Positions 11,735 to 25,025 of a stretch of DNA of 64,000 bases are shown here, in pieces (position 1 is the stretch's first letter; every line of letters starts with the position of its first letter). This DNA comes from Octopus sinensis (taxonomy: Eukaryota). Under the pieces are notes generated by a model. The model made no database searches, was not told the DNA's origin, and was given only the letters and a program-made list of their open reading frames with translations. The position numbers and the translations under genes were made by a program. Location: contig NC_043003.1 of assembly GCF_006345805.1 (NCBI RefSeq), forward strand, positions 80,724,001-80,788,000, written 5' to 3'.

Positions 11735-12051
11735 CAGTCATAGAGTTAGATTTATGAAGGTCTTCAGTAGAAAATCCTTCGAATTCTGACTCGCTGCTTG
11801 ATATAATGAAATTCGTATCCATTTTTTGTCAGAATTACAAATTTTGAAAACACAATAGGAACAAATTTCGGAAAAAAATCTCCCATAATTCACGGAATTA
11901 AAATTACACTTCGATTTTTGTACAAAACTGTAGTTGAAGTGTTTACGAAGTATAATACGTGTTTTCACGAATGTACTAAAGAGATTTGCTCTGATATTCT
12001 CATTTAAATATGAATAGGTAAATTCGGGCGGTTTGGTAACGACAGGGTTAA
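11735..12051. mobile_element. Possible piggyBac-like non-autonomous fragment (one end)
   Basis: Ends GGTAACGACAGGG-TTAA at 12035-12051 (TTAA|CCCT terminus). The other end was not found. Confidence 0.4.
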
Positions 12052-12161
12052 ACGGATGCATACATTTATTAATCTCTTATTATAGTAACTATATATAAGT
12101 GTCGTCTGTTTATACATAAACACTGTTTCATACTGCAATTATATATACATATATCTATATA

Positions 12162-12584
12162 TCTCTTATTATAAAAGGCAGATTTTATCTGCCTCCCTTT
12201 GGGAGTTATAGAAATCTACAATATAGGATTTCTTCAATTACAATTTACCCAGCATTTTTAAGAGTACAATGCATCGCGTCATGCCAAAAGCGGGTATCTT
12301 ATAGTCGTGATTCATATCGAGCCCTTCTGGGTATTAGCGCGCGTCTACGATTTAAAAAAAATTTACCATCATATTTTTCCATTTTAATGCATTTTTTTCG
12401 CTTTTATATAAGGGAAGTAACTCTCTAAAAATATCTACGATGTGTCAACGATTTAAAAAAAATTTACCTTAATTTTTTTCAATTTTTAATGCATTTGTTT
12501 GCTATTTTTTGGCTATAACTCTCTAAAAATGCTTATATAGTTATTTCCCTTACAAACCCGAGCAACGCCGGGCGATACTGCTAG
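12162..12584 (+). mobile_element. Non-autonomous Helitron (different 5' module, same 3' module as 11340-11723)
   Basis: A|TCTCTTATTATAAAAGG start, 3' CCCGAGCAACGCCGGG hairpin and CTAG|T. 12284-12584 is a near-identical reverse complement of 11340-11641. Confidence 0.88.
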
Positions 12585-12849
12585 TAATATTATATAATAA
12601 AATATATACAGAGTAAAATAAAAACCAATTTACCTTTTCTGTATTGTTATAGCAATTCCACCGTCCGTGTGTCTTTGCAAATGTGTTGGAATGATAAGTG
12701 AGTTGTGTTTTGGCGACTTTTTTACTAATAACAAACACACGCGTGTTTGTATGTAGTTGTTTGAAACGTTTGTGTTTGCCACTCTCATATATGTATGTGT
12801 ATGCGTGTGTGTGAGGAATGACACACACACACTCACGCACGCACACATG

Positions 12850-13385
12850 TACATCAATGCTTTCGGAGTGATATGTTAAAATATTGAGTTTTCTCGAATT
12901 TTGTCTTAATTGGTGGTAAAATTGAAAGAAATTTTTTATGGCATCACCCACTGAGGTACTCTGAAAAATCATGGGTACACTCTAATTGAAGAAATTGTGT
13001 GAGGAGTAAATCGTTATGTATTTATTTGTTTTTGTTTGCAGTGTGTTTTTTTATTTTTTGAGTAGTGGTTTAAATACTTTCAGTTTAGTCTTCCTCAAAT
13101 CACTCTGTCGCTATTTACTTTCATTTCATTCGTTGCACACTGTGTGTGTGCGTGTGCGTGTGGTGTAAACCACATTAAGAAAAGCATTTGACATACACAC
13201 CAGAATGTGAGTTTTCTGTAAATTTTGCTTAATTGGAGTTTAAATTTTAAAAACTAGACCGGGCATGACCCGATGCATTCTACTCTTAAAAATGCTAGGT
13301 AAATTGTAATTGAAGAAATTCTATATTGTAGATTTCTATAAGTTACAAAGGGAGGCAGATAAAATCTGCCTTTTATAATAAGAGA
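12850..13385 (-). mobile_element. Helitron-like element, 5' portion (3' end not located)
   Basis: 13262-13385 is the reverse complement of 12162-12285 (TCTCTTATTATAAAAGGCAGATTTTATCTGCC). A diverged internal repeat lies near 12860-13000. Confidence 0.65.
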
Positions 13386-13479
13386 TATATATGCACACAT
13401 AGACACACATATACATATTTATATGTATCGAACTATATCTGTATCCTTGTGTATACATATATCTGAATGAGCATCAGTA

Positions 13480-13647
13480 TGTTGTGGCTGTGTGGTAAAT
13501 AGCTTGTTTACCAACCACTTGGTTCCGGATTCAGTCCCACTGCCTGGCACCTTGGGCAAGTGTCTTCTACTATAGCCTCGGGCCGACCAAAGCCTTATGA
13601 GTGGATTTGGTAGACGGAAACTGAAAGAAACCCGTCGTATATATGTA

Positions 13648-13678
<31 letters not shown>

Positions 13679-13887
13679 TGTGTGTGTTTGTGCCTCTGTG
13701 TTTGTCCCCCTAGCATTGCTTGCAAACCGATGCTGGTGTGTTTATGTCCCCTAACTTAGCGGTTCGGCAAAAGAGACCGATAGAATAAGTACTGGGCTTA
13801 CAAAAGAATAAGTCCCGGGGTCGAGTTGCTCGATTAAAGGCGGTGCTGCAGCATGGCCGCAGTCAAATGACTGAAACAAGTAAAAGA
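13480..13887 (+). mobile_element. tRNA-derived SINE family A (CORE-like CCTTGGGCAAGT, internal (TA)n(TG)n)
   Basis: GTGGCTGTGTGGTAA..GGATTCAGTCCC..CACCTTGGGCAAGTG...GACTGAAACAAGTAAAAGA. Five full copies in the window. Confidence 0.9.
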
Positions 13888-14448
13888 TTATATATATATA
13901 TATATATGCATATGAACCACGAAATTTAACATTCGTTAGTTGTTTACATGTACTTTCTGTTGTTCTGAACAATATATCGGATAGTACGTTGGGAAATGAA
14001 ATATACATATATTTCAGCGTAATAATTAATATTATGAAAGCATTGGTTGCAATACTAATTTCTTTCCATATACCTAATTGTATTAACTTATAATTGCAAG
14101 TATTAATTGAAATAACTATATATAGTTCGTGATAAGTGTGCATTAACATACAGACATAAGATAAAGGGGAAAATACATCAAATCACATTACCCGATTTCT
14201 GATGCAAACGGAATATGAGACTGAATTCATTATACTGCCGAAATATTAGTATATTAGTGTTATATGAACTTTGTAGTCATTTTGGCCCTGATGTTTGGCT
14301 ACTTTTAATTAATAGTAATGCTTTAACGAATTTAACACGATACTTCTCGAATGTAAACGGCACCATGATAAATTGATGAAATTGATGTTAAAATAGGATC
14401 TACGGCATATTTTTAAAGAATAAGCATTCACAAGAGAAAGAATATATA

Positions 14449-14486
<38 letters not shown>

Positions 14487-14542
14487 CACATACACACACA
14501 TATATATATATACATGCATACATGCATACACGCACACACATA

Positions 14543-14586
<44 letters not shown>

Positions 14587-14704
14587 ATATCTATATATAT
14601 ATATGCATATAGATATATATTTGTATGAACACTTTCAATCAACGTTTCGCTGCTTACGTTTTCACAAAAATGAAGAATAATCTTCTGGGACCAAATAATC
14701 CTGA

Positions 14705-14719
14705 TACTACTACTACTAC

Positions 14720-14757
<38 letters not shown>

Positions 14758-14770
14758 ATACTACTACTAG
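14705..14770. repeat. (TAC)n microsatellite
   Basis: Seen directly. Confidence 0.9.
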
Positions 14771-14789
14771 TGGCAGTAGTAGTTGTATT

Positions 14790-14990
14790 GGTTTCAAATT
14801 TCGGTACCACACTAGCAAACTTGTGGGAAGGGGAAAGTTATGTACCACTGGTACTCAACTGCTACTAATTTTATCGATATCGACACAGATCGCCTGTACA
14901 TGAAGAGAGCAAATGTAGGAATTGCACTGATAAGTGCGTATCGAACTCGAGAGTTTAATGAGATACCTAGCCCAAAGTAAGGAAACCTTA
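14790..14990 (-). mobile_element. SINE family B, very old copy
   Basis: TTTCAAATTTCGGTACCACACTAGCAAAC..GGTACTCAACTGCTACTAATTTTATCGA aligns loosely with the family B 3' half. Confidence 0.5.
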
Positions 14991-14993
14991 CTA

Positions 14994-15402
14994 GGCGCAG
15001 GAGTGGCTGTGTGGTAAGTAGCTTGCTAACCAACCACATGGTTCTGGCTTCAGTCCCACTGCGTGGTATCTTGGGCAAGTGCCTTCTGCTATAGCCCCGG
15101 GCCGACCAATGCCTTGTGAGTGGATTTGGTAGACGGAAACTGAAAGAAGCCTGTCGTATATATGTATATATAAATATATGTATGTGTGTGTGTTTGTGTG
15201 TTTGTGTTTGTTCCCCTAGCATTGCTTGACAACCGATGCTGATGTGTTTACGTCCCCGTCACTTAGCGGTTCGGCAAAAAGAGACCGATAGAATAAGTAC
15301 TGGGCTTACGAAAAGAATAAGTCCCGGGGTCGATTTGCTCGACTAAAAGCGGTGCTCCAGCATGGCCGCAGTCAAATGACTGAAACAAGTAAAAGAGTAA
15401 AA
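14994..15402 (+). mobile_element. SINE family A, full length
   Basis: GGCGCAGGAGTGGCTGTGTGGTAAG start and GACTGAAACAAGTAAAAGAGTAAAA end. Confidence 0.92.
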
Positions 15403-15409
15403 AGAGAGA

Positions 15410-16338
15410 GTGACAGTTAGGAAGGAGGGAGTTTGGGGAGCAGAGGAAAAAGGGAAAACAAAGTAAGAAGTACAAAAACTGACATGAAGAAGAACTACGC
15501 AAGAAGGGACTACACAAACAATTCCATATAGAATAGAAGTTGCTGAAAAAAATAGGTGGGAATGGCTGATGAAAGGAACCCTCCCAAAAAGAGGCCGGGA
15601 GCACTATACTGGCAGCGCAAGACGAACCTCTGGCTATGAACTGGGGCGTCAACTTGAGCAAGTATGTCCGCCGTGCAGCATCTGCAATATAGTGGATGAA
15701 ATCATAGCCCACATCAAGAAAGAATACTGTAGACTTGCCCAAAAGCACTGCAAATTGTGGCGAAACGCCCAAGTAGTGTAACTGCTACATTGGAAACTGT
15801 GTGAAAAGTTGGAACTAAAGAGAGGCCAGACGTGTTATGAACACAAACCCCAGAGTGTGACAGAGTCGGAGACTAGTAAAAACCTCTGGGATTTCCCAAT
15901 CCAAATAGATCAGTTGCTAGAGTATAACACACCGGACCTAGTGGTATAGTTGACGATGCATACTCCTTTGAACCACGAATAGCCAATAAGGAAGGCGTAA
16001 AGATAGATAGATACAACCGTCTTAAGTACGAAATAGCCCGGTTGTGGAAAATGAAGGTAAAGATAGTACCAATTATTGTTGAGTCATTGGGAGCAGTATC
16101 AGAAGACCTCAAGAGGAATATAAAGGAAATTGGAAAAGAGTGCCCAGGAGAACTGTTACAAAAGTTTGCCTGTTTGCATATCCAGAATAATCAGGAAAGT
16201 ATTAAATAGATGAAAAGAGCGATTAGCATGGTACCGTAGGCTGCAGGATGTAAGCCCGCTATGCAGGCATAACTCCAGGTGACTAACAAAACCTGTGATA
16301 AAGAGAAAATATAAATATCAGTCATAATAATAATAATC
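15410..16338 (+). mobile_element. R4/Dong-type LINE 3' fragment
   Basis: WEWLMKGTL, ILAAQD, CSICNIVDEIIAHI, LHWKLCEK..YEHKPQSVTES..LWDFPIQID..PDLVV, IVPIIVESLG, then a short (AAT)n tail. Confidence 0.85.
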
Positions 16339-16339
16339 A

Positions 16340-16532
16340 TTTCTTCTATAGGCACACGGCATGAAATTTTGGGGAGGGGTGTAATCGATTACATCGACTC
16401 AAGTGTTTCACTGGTACTTAATTTATCGACTCCGAACGGATGAAAAAGAAAGTCGACCTCGGCGAAATTTGATCTCAGAACGTAGCAGCAGACGAAACAC
16501 CGCTAAGCATTTCCCGCGGTGTCTAACGATTC
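16340..16532 (-). mobile_element. SINE family B
   Basis: ATTTATCGAC..GGATGAAAA..AAAGTCGACCTCGGCGAAATTTGATCTCAGAACG..CGCTAAGCATTTC. Confidence 0.85.
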
Positions 16533-16534
16533 TT

Positions 16535-16745
16535 TTCTACTCTAGGCACAAGGCCCGAAATTTGGGTGGGAGGGGGCCAGTCGATTAGATCGACCTCAGT
16601 GTACAACTGGTACTTAATTTATCGACCCCAAATGGATGAAAGGCAAAGTCGACCTCGGCGGAGTTTGAACTCAGAACGTAAAGACAGACGAAATACTGCT
16701 AAAGATTTCGCCCGGCGCGCGAACGTTGCTGCCAGCTCGCCGCCT
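16535..16745 (-). mobile_element. SINE family B, full length
   Basis: The minus strand starts GGCGGCGAGCTGGCAGCAACGTT and carries a B-box-like GAGTTCAAACTCC. Confidence 0.9.
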
Positions 16746-17059
16746 TAATAATGATAATAATAATAGTAATGTTAGTAATGGTAATATTAATCAATAGTAA
16801 TAATAACAATAAGGTAACAACAATAACAACAATAACAATAATGATAATAACTATGATAATCTCAGAATCGATGACATTCATTGTATGATTATAGTTGGAA
16901 TCGGCCAGATAACACCACAACACACTGACAATTGTACATTGGCACCTATACAAAGTATATTCCATGAATGCCAATTCTGCAACTTTAACAGCTCATATTT
17001 GACTTCTTACTTTGGCATTTATTTTCCACCTAACACATTCTGTATATTACACCAATATA

Positions 17060-17131
17060 TTCTCATGCCTAATTTTCTTCTCATGCCTAATTTTCTTTTC
17101 ATGCCTAATTTAGTTCTCATGCCTAATTTAC
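17060..17131. repeat. 18-bp minisatellite x4 (TTCTCATGCCTAATTTTC)
   Basis: Seen directly. Confidence 0.9.
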
Positions 17132-17248
17132 TCAAAGACTTCAGTTGCTCTGTATACGAGTAGGTTTCCCTTCACTTTCTTCCCTTTTTCAATTCAACCG
17201 TTCTTTCTTTCTATTAATCTAGATCGTTCTCTCTCTCACTCTATATTT

Positions 17249-17290
<42 letters not shown>

Positions 17291-17639
17291 GGCACTCAAT
17301 CTTCTCCCTTTTCTACAATTATTTCCTTCATATTTTATCCCCGCTGGGCACAGCAAGAGCTGTGCGAAAGTTGATTTCCTAAAATAGATAGACGTTTATT
17401 CTCCTTCCTAAATCCACAGAAATATTCCAGCTTCAACAAGTTCCTTCAATCAATTCCCATTTCTTTTATAAGAAACAGGGAGATTAGCAAGTATGAGGAG
17501 GAGCTTTTATGGAATCCATAGACGAAAAAATGTGCACCTTGTTGGGGCCAATATGTATTTCGTATTATAGTAAACACTCACAGATCGGTAACATGTTCTC
17601 TCTTTTGTATATATTTATTTGCATTATCATGAAAATTAT

Positions 17640-17838
17640 ATGTTCGTATGTATGTACATATGTATGCATGGATGTATATATGTATGCATACAAGCATGCA
17701 TGTATGTATATATAAATATATATGTATATTTAGGCATCTCAGTCTGTCTGTATATATAAATATATATATATATATATTTATGAATATATATACATATATA
17801 TATATGTGTATATATATGTATGTATATATATATATATG

Positions 17839-17885
<47 letters not shown>

Positions 17886-17913
17886 ATATATCTATATATA
17901 TATCTATCTATAT

Positions 17914-17946
<33 letters not shown>

Positions 17947-17958
17947 GTATATACATAT
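17640..17958. repeat. Compound (TATG)/(TA)n microsatellite
   Basis: Seen directly. Confidence 0.9.
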
Positions 17959-20671
17959 AGTCACTTGGTTTGGTACGGCAAAGATAAATCCCAAACTTAA
18001 ATGATGATCCTAATACTTCGTCCAAGGCAGTTGTTGGAAGCCGGCTTTACGTTCGTCGAATGGTTACGGAACTTACTTACGCATTATATGTCTTAAAATT
18101 CAATCAAGTACATACACCTACTATGTTGTTGGAGCTTATTATGTAATTTTCATGATTATGCCTTCTGCTACTGTTTACCTGAAACTGCTGTAAACATGAA
18201 CTAAACTACTTCGTCCAGTCTATAAAAAAACAGCCTCAATCTAAAAGTTTATAAGGCAATATACTGGACACAGCTGGAAAGAAAGAAATAATTTGTGTTC
18301 GGGTTAGAAAAGACTGTTACTAAACACAAACGTTTCGTTGATTCAAAACAGGATCGATAGATAAAATGCAAACATACTTACTAACTTCTCCTTACTTAAT
18401 TATATGTGTAACAGAAGAACAAAGCAGGTTTGTTAAGTTCCCTTGCGTGTTGGGGTAAGAACAAGGAGGTAGGACTTTTTAAAGGCAGAGGTAAAAATAT
18501 GATGTGGTGTAACTATTCACAAATTATGCGGACTGATTGTTCTTGGAAAAAAGAGGATTACTCAATCACTCGCTCATTCTTACGTAAATGCTTGTCATTT
18601 GCGTCAAGGTAATAGCTAGTTCTTGAAATATCTATAAAGGTAGCTATATTGTGAATGAAATTCAGCCAGGAGAGAGCATTGTTGATTGCCCGGAAATTAA
18701 ATGCAATTCAAACCGTTTAATTGCTAACCAATTCTAGAGAAATTTAAATAGAACATTGTTTCTGTAATAGGCGGAGCGGTTGCTTTTGTTATGCATAAGG
18801 GATAAAGATTGCTATGCTCAATTTGATAAATCTGTTCGATACCTCTGTTGATGGATGTACATCAGGAGCAATGTACACGTCATAATTTTCATGTAAGACC
18901 TGCTTGTACTTGAAAAGCTAGAAAACATTTGTGAGAGGTTACTACTACATAAGTACGGCTGTTGTCAGGGCTAACAGCAAACAGATCAACCATGTACATA
19001 ACAAGATGTAAGATAGAGGTAACCGAACGTTAGGACTTGAAAGTTTGATTAGCACAGATAATGATATTTATCGAGAAGCTTCTGCGCAAGAAAAGAAATA
19101 AGAGACAGATAGGTCTAATACACGAACAGCCGAACGAGGATAGTCAAAGGCTTTGCAGATGAGGATTCTTGTGGGTGATTTGAGGTTGTTAAAGAAGGGA
19201 TTAAAACTTCAACAGATGGCATTGGAAATGTTATGATAATACTAGTGTAATTCTAAAGTAGGCAGCATCTAAATTGCAAGACATCACTCCTCGCAGATAA
19301 ATATCAGAAGATTCTTATTAGGTGCTAGAAATTATTGGTGCTATGCGGCATTTCTCTTTTCTTAAATTTACGCAGTACATCTAACCTCCAGGCAGATATG
19401 TTATATAATTTGAAAATTTTCCACGAAAATATATTCGTTCTTGAATACTTAATGTCGTCAAAATATGTTATCAAAATATATTAATTAATTTCGTTAGTTG
19501 AAGATGTTGCTATATCTAACTCATATACTGTGGAAGTAAAAATATTTGTTCTGATCTTCTGATGACCAGCTGTAGTAAAACAATTGTAGAAATAAACATA
19601 CTTTATTATGTGTAGTGCTATGTAATTCTTATATTTTTACTGGGACACACGTTTATGAAGAAAGACATTTTCAAAAGGTGTACCTAATCAATCGATTTCA
19701 TTGTATGGGAGAAAAACACTAAGACGTTGATACACGGTCGATTTGCAACTAAGGTTTTAATAATGGATATTCGGAAAAAATGTTTTTGGCGATAAATATT
19801 TTTGGCTGAGATTACTGCAGTTAAAATTAGTGAGGTAATAAATGGATGACTGATTTTATGGATGTGGTGGGAATAAACGACGAAATAATTCGTTGCAATA
19901 GATAGAAAGAAAAAAATATATACTTTAAAATTCCAACAGAAGAGTAAACACATAAACGCATATATGAACCATTTAACTACATAGCTTAGCTTTCGAACAA
20001 TCAGATAATACCTCATGTTCGATATAACAGTTCAACTGGAGAGCCTGTCAGCCAAGACTAAAAGCATAGCCGTTCTTTGAAAGACAAATAAAGTATCTTT
20101 GCTATAGTAATTATTCAGAATACATCTGTCATTAGACACCCACCTCTGTCAGTGTCATTGTGGCAGTTAAACAATTTTATCTTGAGCTAAGTAATGTTTC
20201 ATCACAAAACATTTTGCAATTTCTAGGCGTTGAGTATATTAACTGTTTAGCTACTCACATAACCTGTATAAGAACAAGCAAATGACAATTTGATTAAATG
20301 CTGTTCATGCACTATACATGTTAAAAATTTGAAACTCTATAGAGTTGTATGAAGTCTACAATTATCTGCTCATAGAAAGTTGAAAATATTCGTAAATTCT
20401 AATGAACGTTGATAAACGCAATATATGTGTGAATATATATATGCCTGTATATTTGGTTCTATAATACCTTTCTAAGGCAAGATATGTACGTCTGTGAATA
20501 TGCATGTGTATAATTATATTGCCAGAGGTCAGAATAAATTAGGAGTCTTTATTTAAATGTTTTTATTACAAAATCAGTGACAACCCAAATATATTGAAAT
20601 AAATTACTGAATTAAATTACAGGATTATTTTCAATACTTTTAAAATCGTATTATGAAAATGTCTGGATAAC

Positions 20672-21053
20672 AGGCACAGGCGTAGCTATGTGATAAGAAG
20701 ATTGCTTCCCAACCACATGGTTCGGGATTCTGTCCCACTGCGTGGCTCCTTGGGCAAGTGTCTTCTTCTGTAGCCTCGGGCCGACCAAAGCCTTATAAAT
20801 GGATTTGATAGACGGAAACTGAATGAAGCCCGTCGTATATATATATATATATGTTTGTCTGTCTGTGTTTGTCCATCCACCATTGCTTGATAACTGAACT
20901 TGATGCGTTTACGTCCCCTAACTTAGCGGTTCAGCAAAAGATACTGATAGAATAAGTATTAGGCTTATAAGGAATAAGTCCTCCGCTCGATTTGTTCGAC
21001 TAAAGGTCGTGATCCAGCATGGCCGCTGTGAAATAACTGAAACAAATTCAAGA
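20672..21053 (+). mobile_element. SINE family A
   Basis: GGCACAGGCGTAGCTATGTGATAAG..CCTTGGGCAAGTG..ACTGAAACAAA. Confidence 0.9.
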
Positions 21054-21207
21054 ATAAATGAATAAAGTATCAGAATTCATTAGAAGGAAACACTTAAACA
21101 ACATTTTGCTGTATTATGCTCACCATATACACTATAAATTATTAAAGGGATGTAATACCAAACGATAATCGGAGGACAAATAGTATTCAGTATTAGATTT
21201 AGATCTT

Positions 21208-22739
21208 GTCCTGGGTATGACTCTAAACTACATCTGATAGTGGGACCCTGGGGCTCTTGTTTCAGTGTTTGAGGAGTGTGGAACCAGCTTTTAGCCTCTA
21301 TTGTTCCCACGTCTACTCTGGCCCGGAGTGGTAGACCTGTGAGGGTCCCAGCTACGGGTTAACTAGCAAACCCCACCCTGCTACTGGGGATGGGGGGGAC
21401 CAGTAGAATGCAGTCGCCGTATTCCCTGCGTGGCGTAAGAGGCGGGAGCGAGGGGACTGGAAATCTACTCCACCTAGTAATTTCATTTCCTAAAAAGGCA
21501 AGAAGGCAAGATGACAGGTTAGTACCTAATCTCACCCAAGTACTAGGGTCATGGATTGCGCGCGTGTTTAGTACAAGTGAGGGGGAGAGAGACAGGGAGT
21601 GTGATGATGAGGAGAAGAATAGATGTTCTGGCATTGAGCGAAACTAAGATGAAAGGTAAGGGAGGGTACCAGTTGGTTATGTGACTCGACGAGTGTCGGG
21701 AGTGGAGGAGTGGCATTACTGGTGAGTGAGCGTGTGAAGTAGAGTGTCGTAGAGTGGAGAGAAGTGTCTTCAGGCTTAATGTGGAGTAAGATGAGGTGGG
21801 GAGGACAGATGTGAGTGTTTTTTAATGCATATGGTCCAGGGAGCGAAAAGAGTGAAGCATAAGTAGAAAAGCTCTGGAGGGAACTAACAGAGTGTGTGGA
21901 TAGGGTGGGGAAAGGTGGTTATGTGGTGGTGTTGGGTAATTTGAATGCGCGAGTGGGAAATGAAAGTAGAAGATGTAGTAGGTAAATATGGAGTTCCTAG
22001 TCGGAATGAGTGGTAGGAGGTTGTTGGGAATGTGTATAGAGCAGGAGTTGGTGGAGAGGAATAGTCTTTTTAAAAAGTGGGAGAAAAATAAGTTTACATG
22101 CTGGAGTATGGGGGGAGGAACAGTAGTGGATAGAGCTTTGATGGATTATGTATTAATTTATAAGAGAGTGGTAGAAAAGTTAATGGAAGAGCATGTAATG
22201 TGAGGTGAAGGTGGAGGAGTGACGGATCCCTTCTTAGTACAGGGTAAGTTAAATGTATGCTCAAAATGGAATGCTAGATGTGTGACAGAGAGGACAGAGG
22301 TTGTGAAGGTGAATGAACTGGATAGGAGAGAGGAGCAGGAGTATGTAGAGACACTGGGAGGTGAATATAAACGGGTTAAGGAACAGGAGATAGGACATGT
22401 GGAGGAGGAGTGTGAGGTTTTTAGAGATGTGGTAATGAGATGTGCCTCTGGGGGTTACACAAAGGGTTGGAATGCGAGTGGGAGAATGAGCAGGTAATGG
22501 GTGCGGTGGTAGAGAAGAAAAGGGCCTTTGAAGAGTGGTTGCAGAAACGTGATGGAGAGGCTTATGGGGTAAACCAGCATATGCTGTCGGGCCCTGCTGT
22601 TGATTTGGGGGCTGTGTTCTATGCTTGACATAAGCATAGGACAGGTCTGACCTCATTGAGCTGGAAAATGAGTGGAATGCATAGTGTGTGTCTTTTATGG
22701 CAACCCCTCCTAAATTAAATGGTGAATAGTCCTGGGTAT
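21208..22739 (+). mobile_element. RTE-clade LINE: 5' UTR plus decayed APE endonuclease, RT absent
   Basis: DVLALSETKMKGKG, GVALLVSE, NAYGPGSE, VLGNLNARVG, NESGRRLLGMC, ALMDYVLI and GEGGG.TDPFLV. The 5' UTR motif CCCTGCGTGGCGTAAGAGGCG lies at 21424-21444. GTCCTGGGTAT is repeated at both ends. Confidence 0.85.
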
Positions 22740-23819
22740 ATATAGAAAAAAAGATATTGATATTTCGACACAGAAAAATTCACTGAGAATTGTAAACATT
22801 TGCTAATTGTTGTGCTATCTCAAATGTGTGTGTGGGGGTTCATATGTAACATAATAATTTCGTGAAGTTGTGTTAATACATATCATTAATACAGCTGTAT
22901 TATAACTTATAACACCAGTTGTAATCTACTAAATGCAATAAAGATCCGTAAAAAAAAAGAGTTGCATTAAACTGCTTCAGGATCTATTTCTATTAATTAA
23001 AATGACGATCTGTTATAAATTGATATTTTAAGCTTTCTTATTCGCATAGGAAATATTCTGAATTGCCTTTAAACCTTCCATTGTTAATTTCGAGTTGAAG
23101 CTTCTTTTTTTTTCTTTTTTTTTTAGGATGCATAATAATCGTTTGGATTAATATTTCGAATGGAACTTGTTCTATACAACACATCATTAATAACAGCCAC
23201 AGTCGAAGCATAGCTATTTATTTATTTCTGTAAGCACCAAACTAATTCCTTCTCTATACGAAACAAGATCTTTGAATAAAAAGAATACATTTGTGCTGCG
23301 GCAAACTATGGCTTACTTATCTCCCTTTCACACATTCACATACTTTGCATTCTATCAGTTGGATCAACCGATTTGTTGAATTATTTTGCTGTAATTTCCG
23401 CATTTCTTTACTATTATCTATATTTCGATTACGTGTGTTTATGGAGCATTAATTTTGTTTCTTAAAGACTTTCACGGATCCTTTCCTTTTGTTGTTGGAT
23501 GCAATGGTTGGATTATTCAATTATCCAATTGTTCAAAATGTGAGCGTTATTCTTCTTCACCAAAAATCAGGTAATGCACTTCAATACGAGTTTGCATTCC
23601 ATACACTAAGCTTTAGAGTGGGTATACTATTTCTCATCATTATTTATTCATTTGTCAACTTATCCATTTAGTACTTGAAACTATTTCGCAGCTGCAACTT
23701 CTAGTTGGAACTTCCGACGTTTTTCGTGGGTAGTTTATCCTGTTCATGCTATATTATTAGCATTCCCCTGCGTTTCAGAATAAAATTATTTCCTTATATA
23801 TATATATATATATATATAT

Positions 23820-24137
<318 letters not shown>

Positions 24138-24490
24138 TATTGTATAGAGGGCATTATTACGCATAAATGCCACACGCTAGGAGGGACTCTTAAAGTCATA
24201 ACTATCAAATATAAACACATTGTACCGAATGCAATTCTCAAAGCGAGTCATTTAAAAACAGAATTTAGCTCCATATCACCTGCGATTTCGCAATTAACAC
24301 TTTATACGCGTTTCTTGCTCTTCAGTGAAGCGAATCCAAAATGTATCATAAATAAACAAACTTGCGAAATCACAGGAGCTAAATATTTTCAAAGAAAAAA
24401 ATTTACAATTTTTTCTCTTATGATGTTCTTCACGCTAACTACTCGATAATTTCTTAAGATTTCTTATTAAGGTTTTATCCTACTTTAAAA

Positions 24491-24557
<67 letters not shown>

Positions 24558-24619
24558 TACTTATATATCTCAATGTACAGGTAAATTATCTCTATATGCA
24601 AGCACACACATATCTTCTA

Positions 24620-25025
24620 TCTTTTACTTGTTTCATCCATCAGACTGCGACCATGCTGGAGCGTCGCTTTGAATTTTTAGTGGAATGAATCTACTCCCAG
24701 TACTTATTTTTTAAAGCCAGGTACTTATTCTATCAATCTCTTTTGCCCGGACCGATAAGTTACGGGGACGTAAACACATCAACACCGGTTGTCAAGAGGT
24801 GATGGGGGACAAACAGAAAAACAAGGACACACTCATACACAGACGCACACAGACACACACACATATATGTATATATACGACAGTCTTCTTTCAGTTTCTG
24901 CCTACCAAATCCACGCTCAAGGCTTTGGTCGGCCCGAGGCTATAGTAGAAGACACTTGTCCATGTTGCCATGCAATGAGACTGAACCCGGAACCATGTGG
25001 TTGGAAAACAAGCTTCTTACCACGC
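24620..25025 (-). mobile_element. SINE family A
   Basis: Reverse complement of the 14994-15402 copy (CTTTTACTTGTTTCA....GGAACCATGTGGTTGG..CTTACCAC). Confidence 0.88.
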
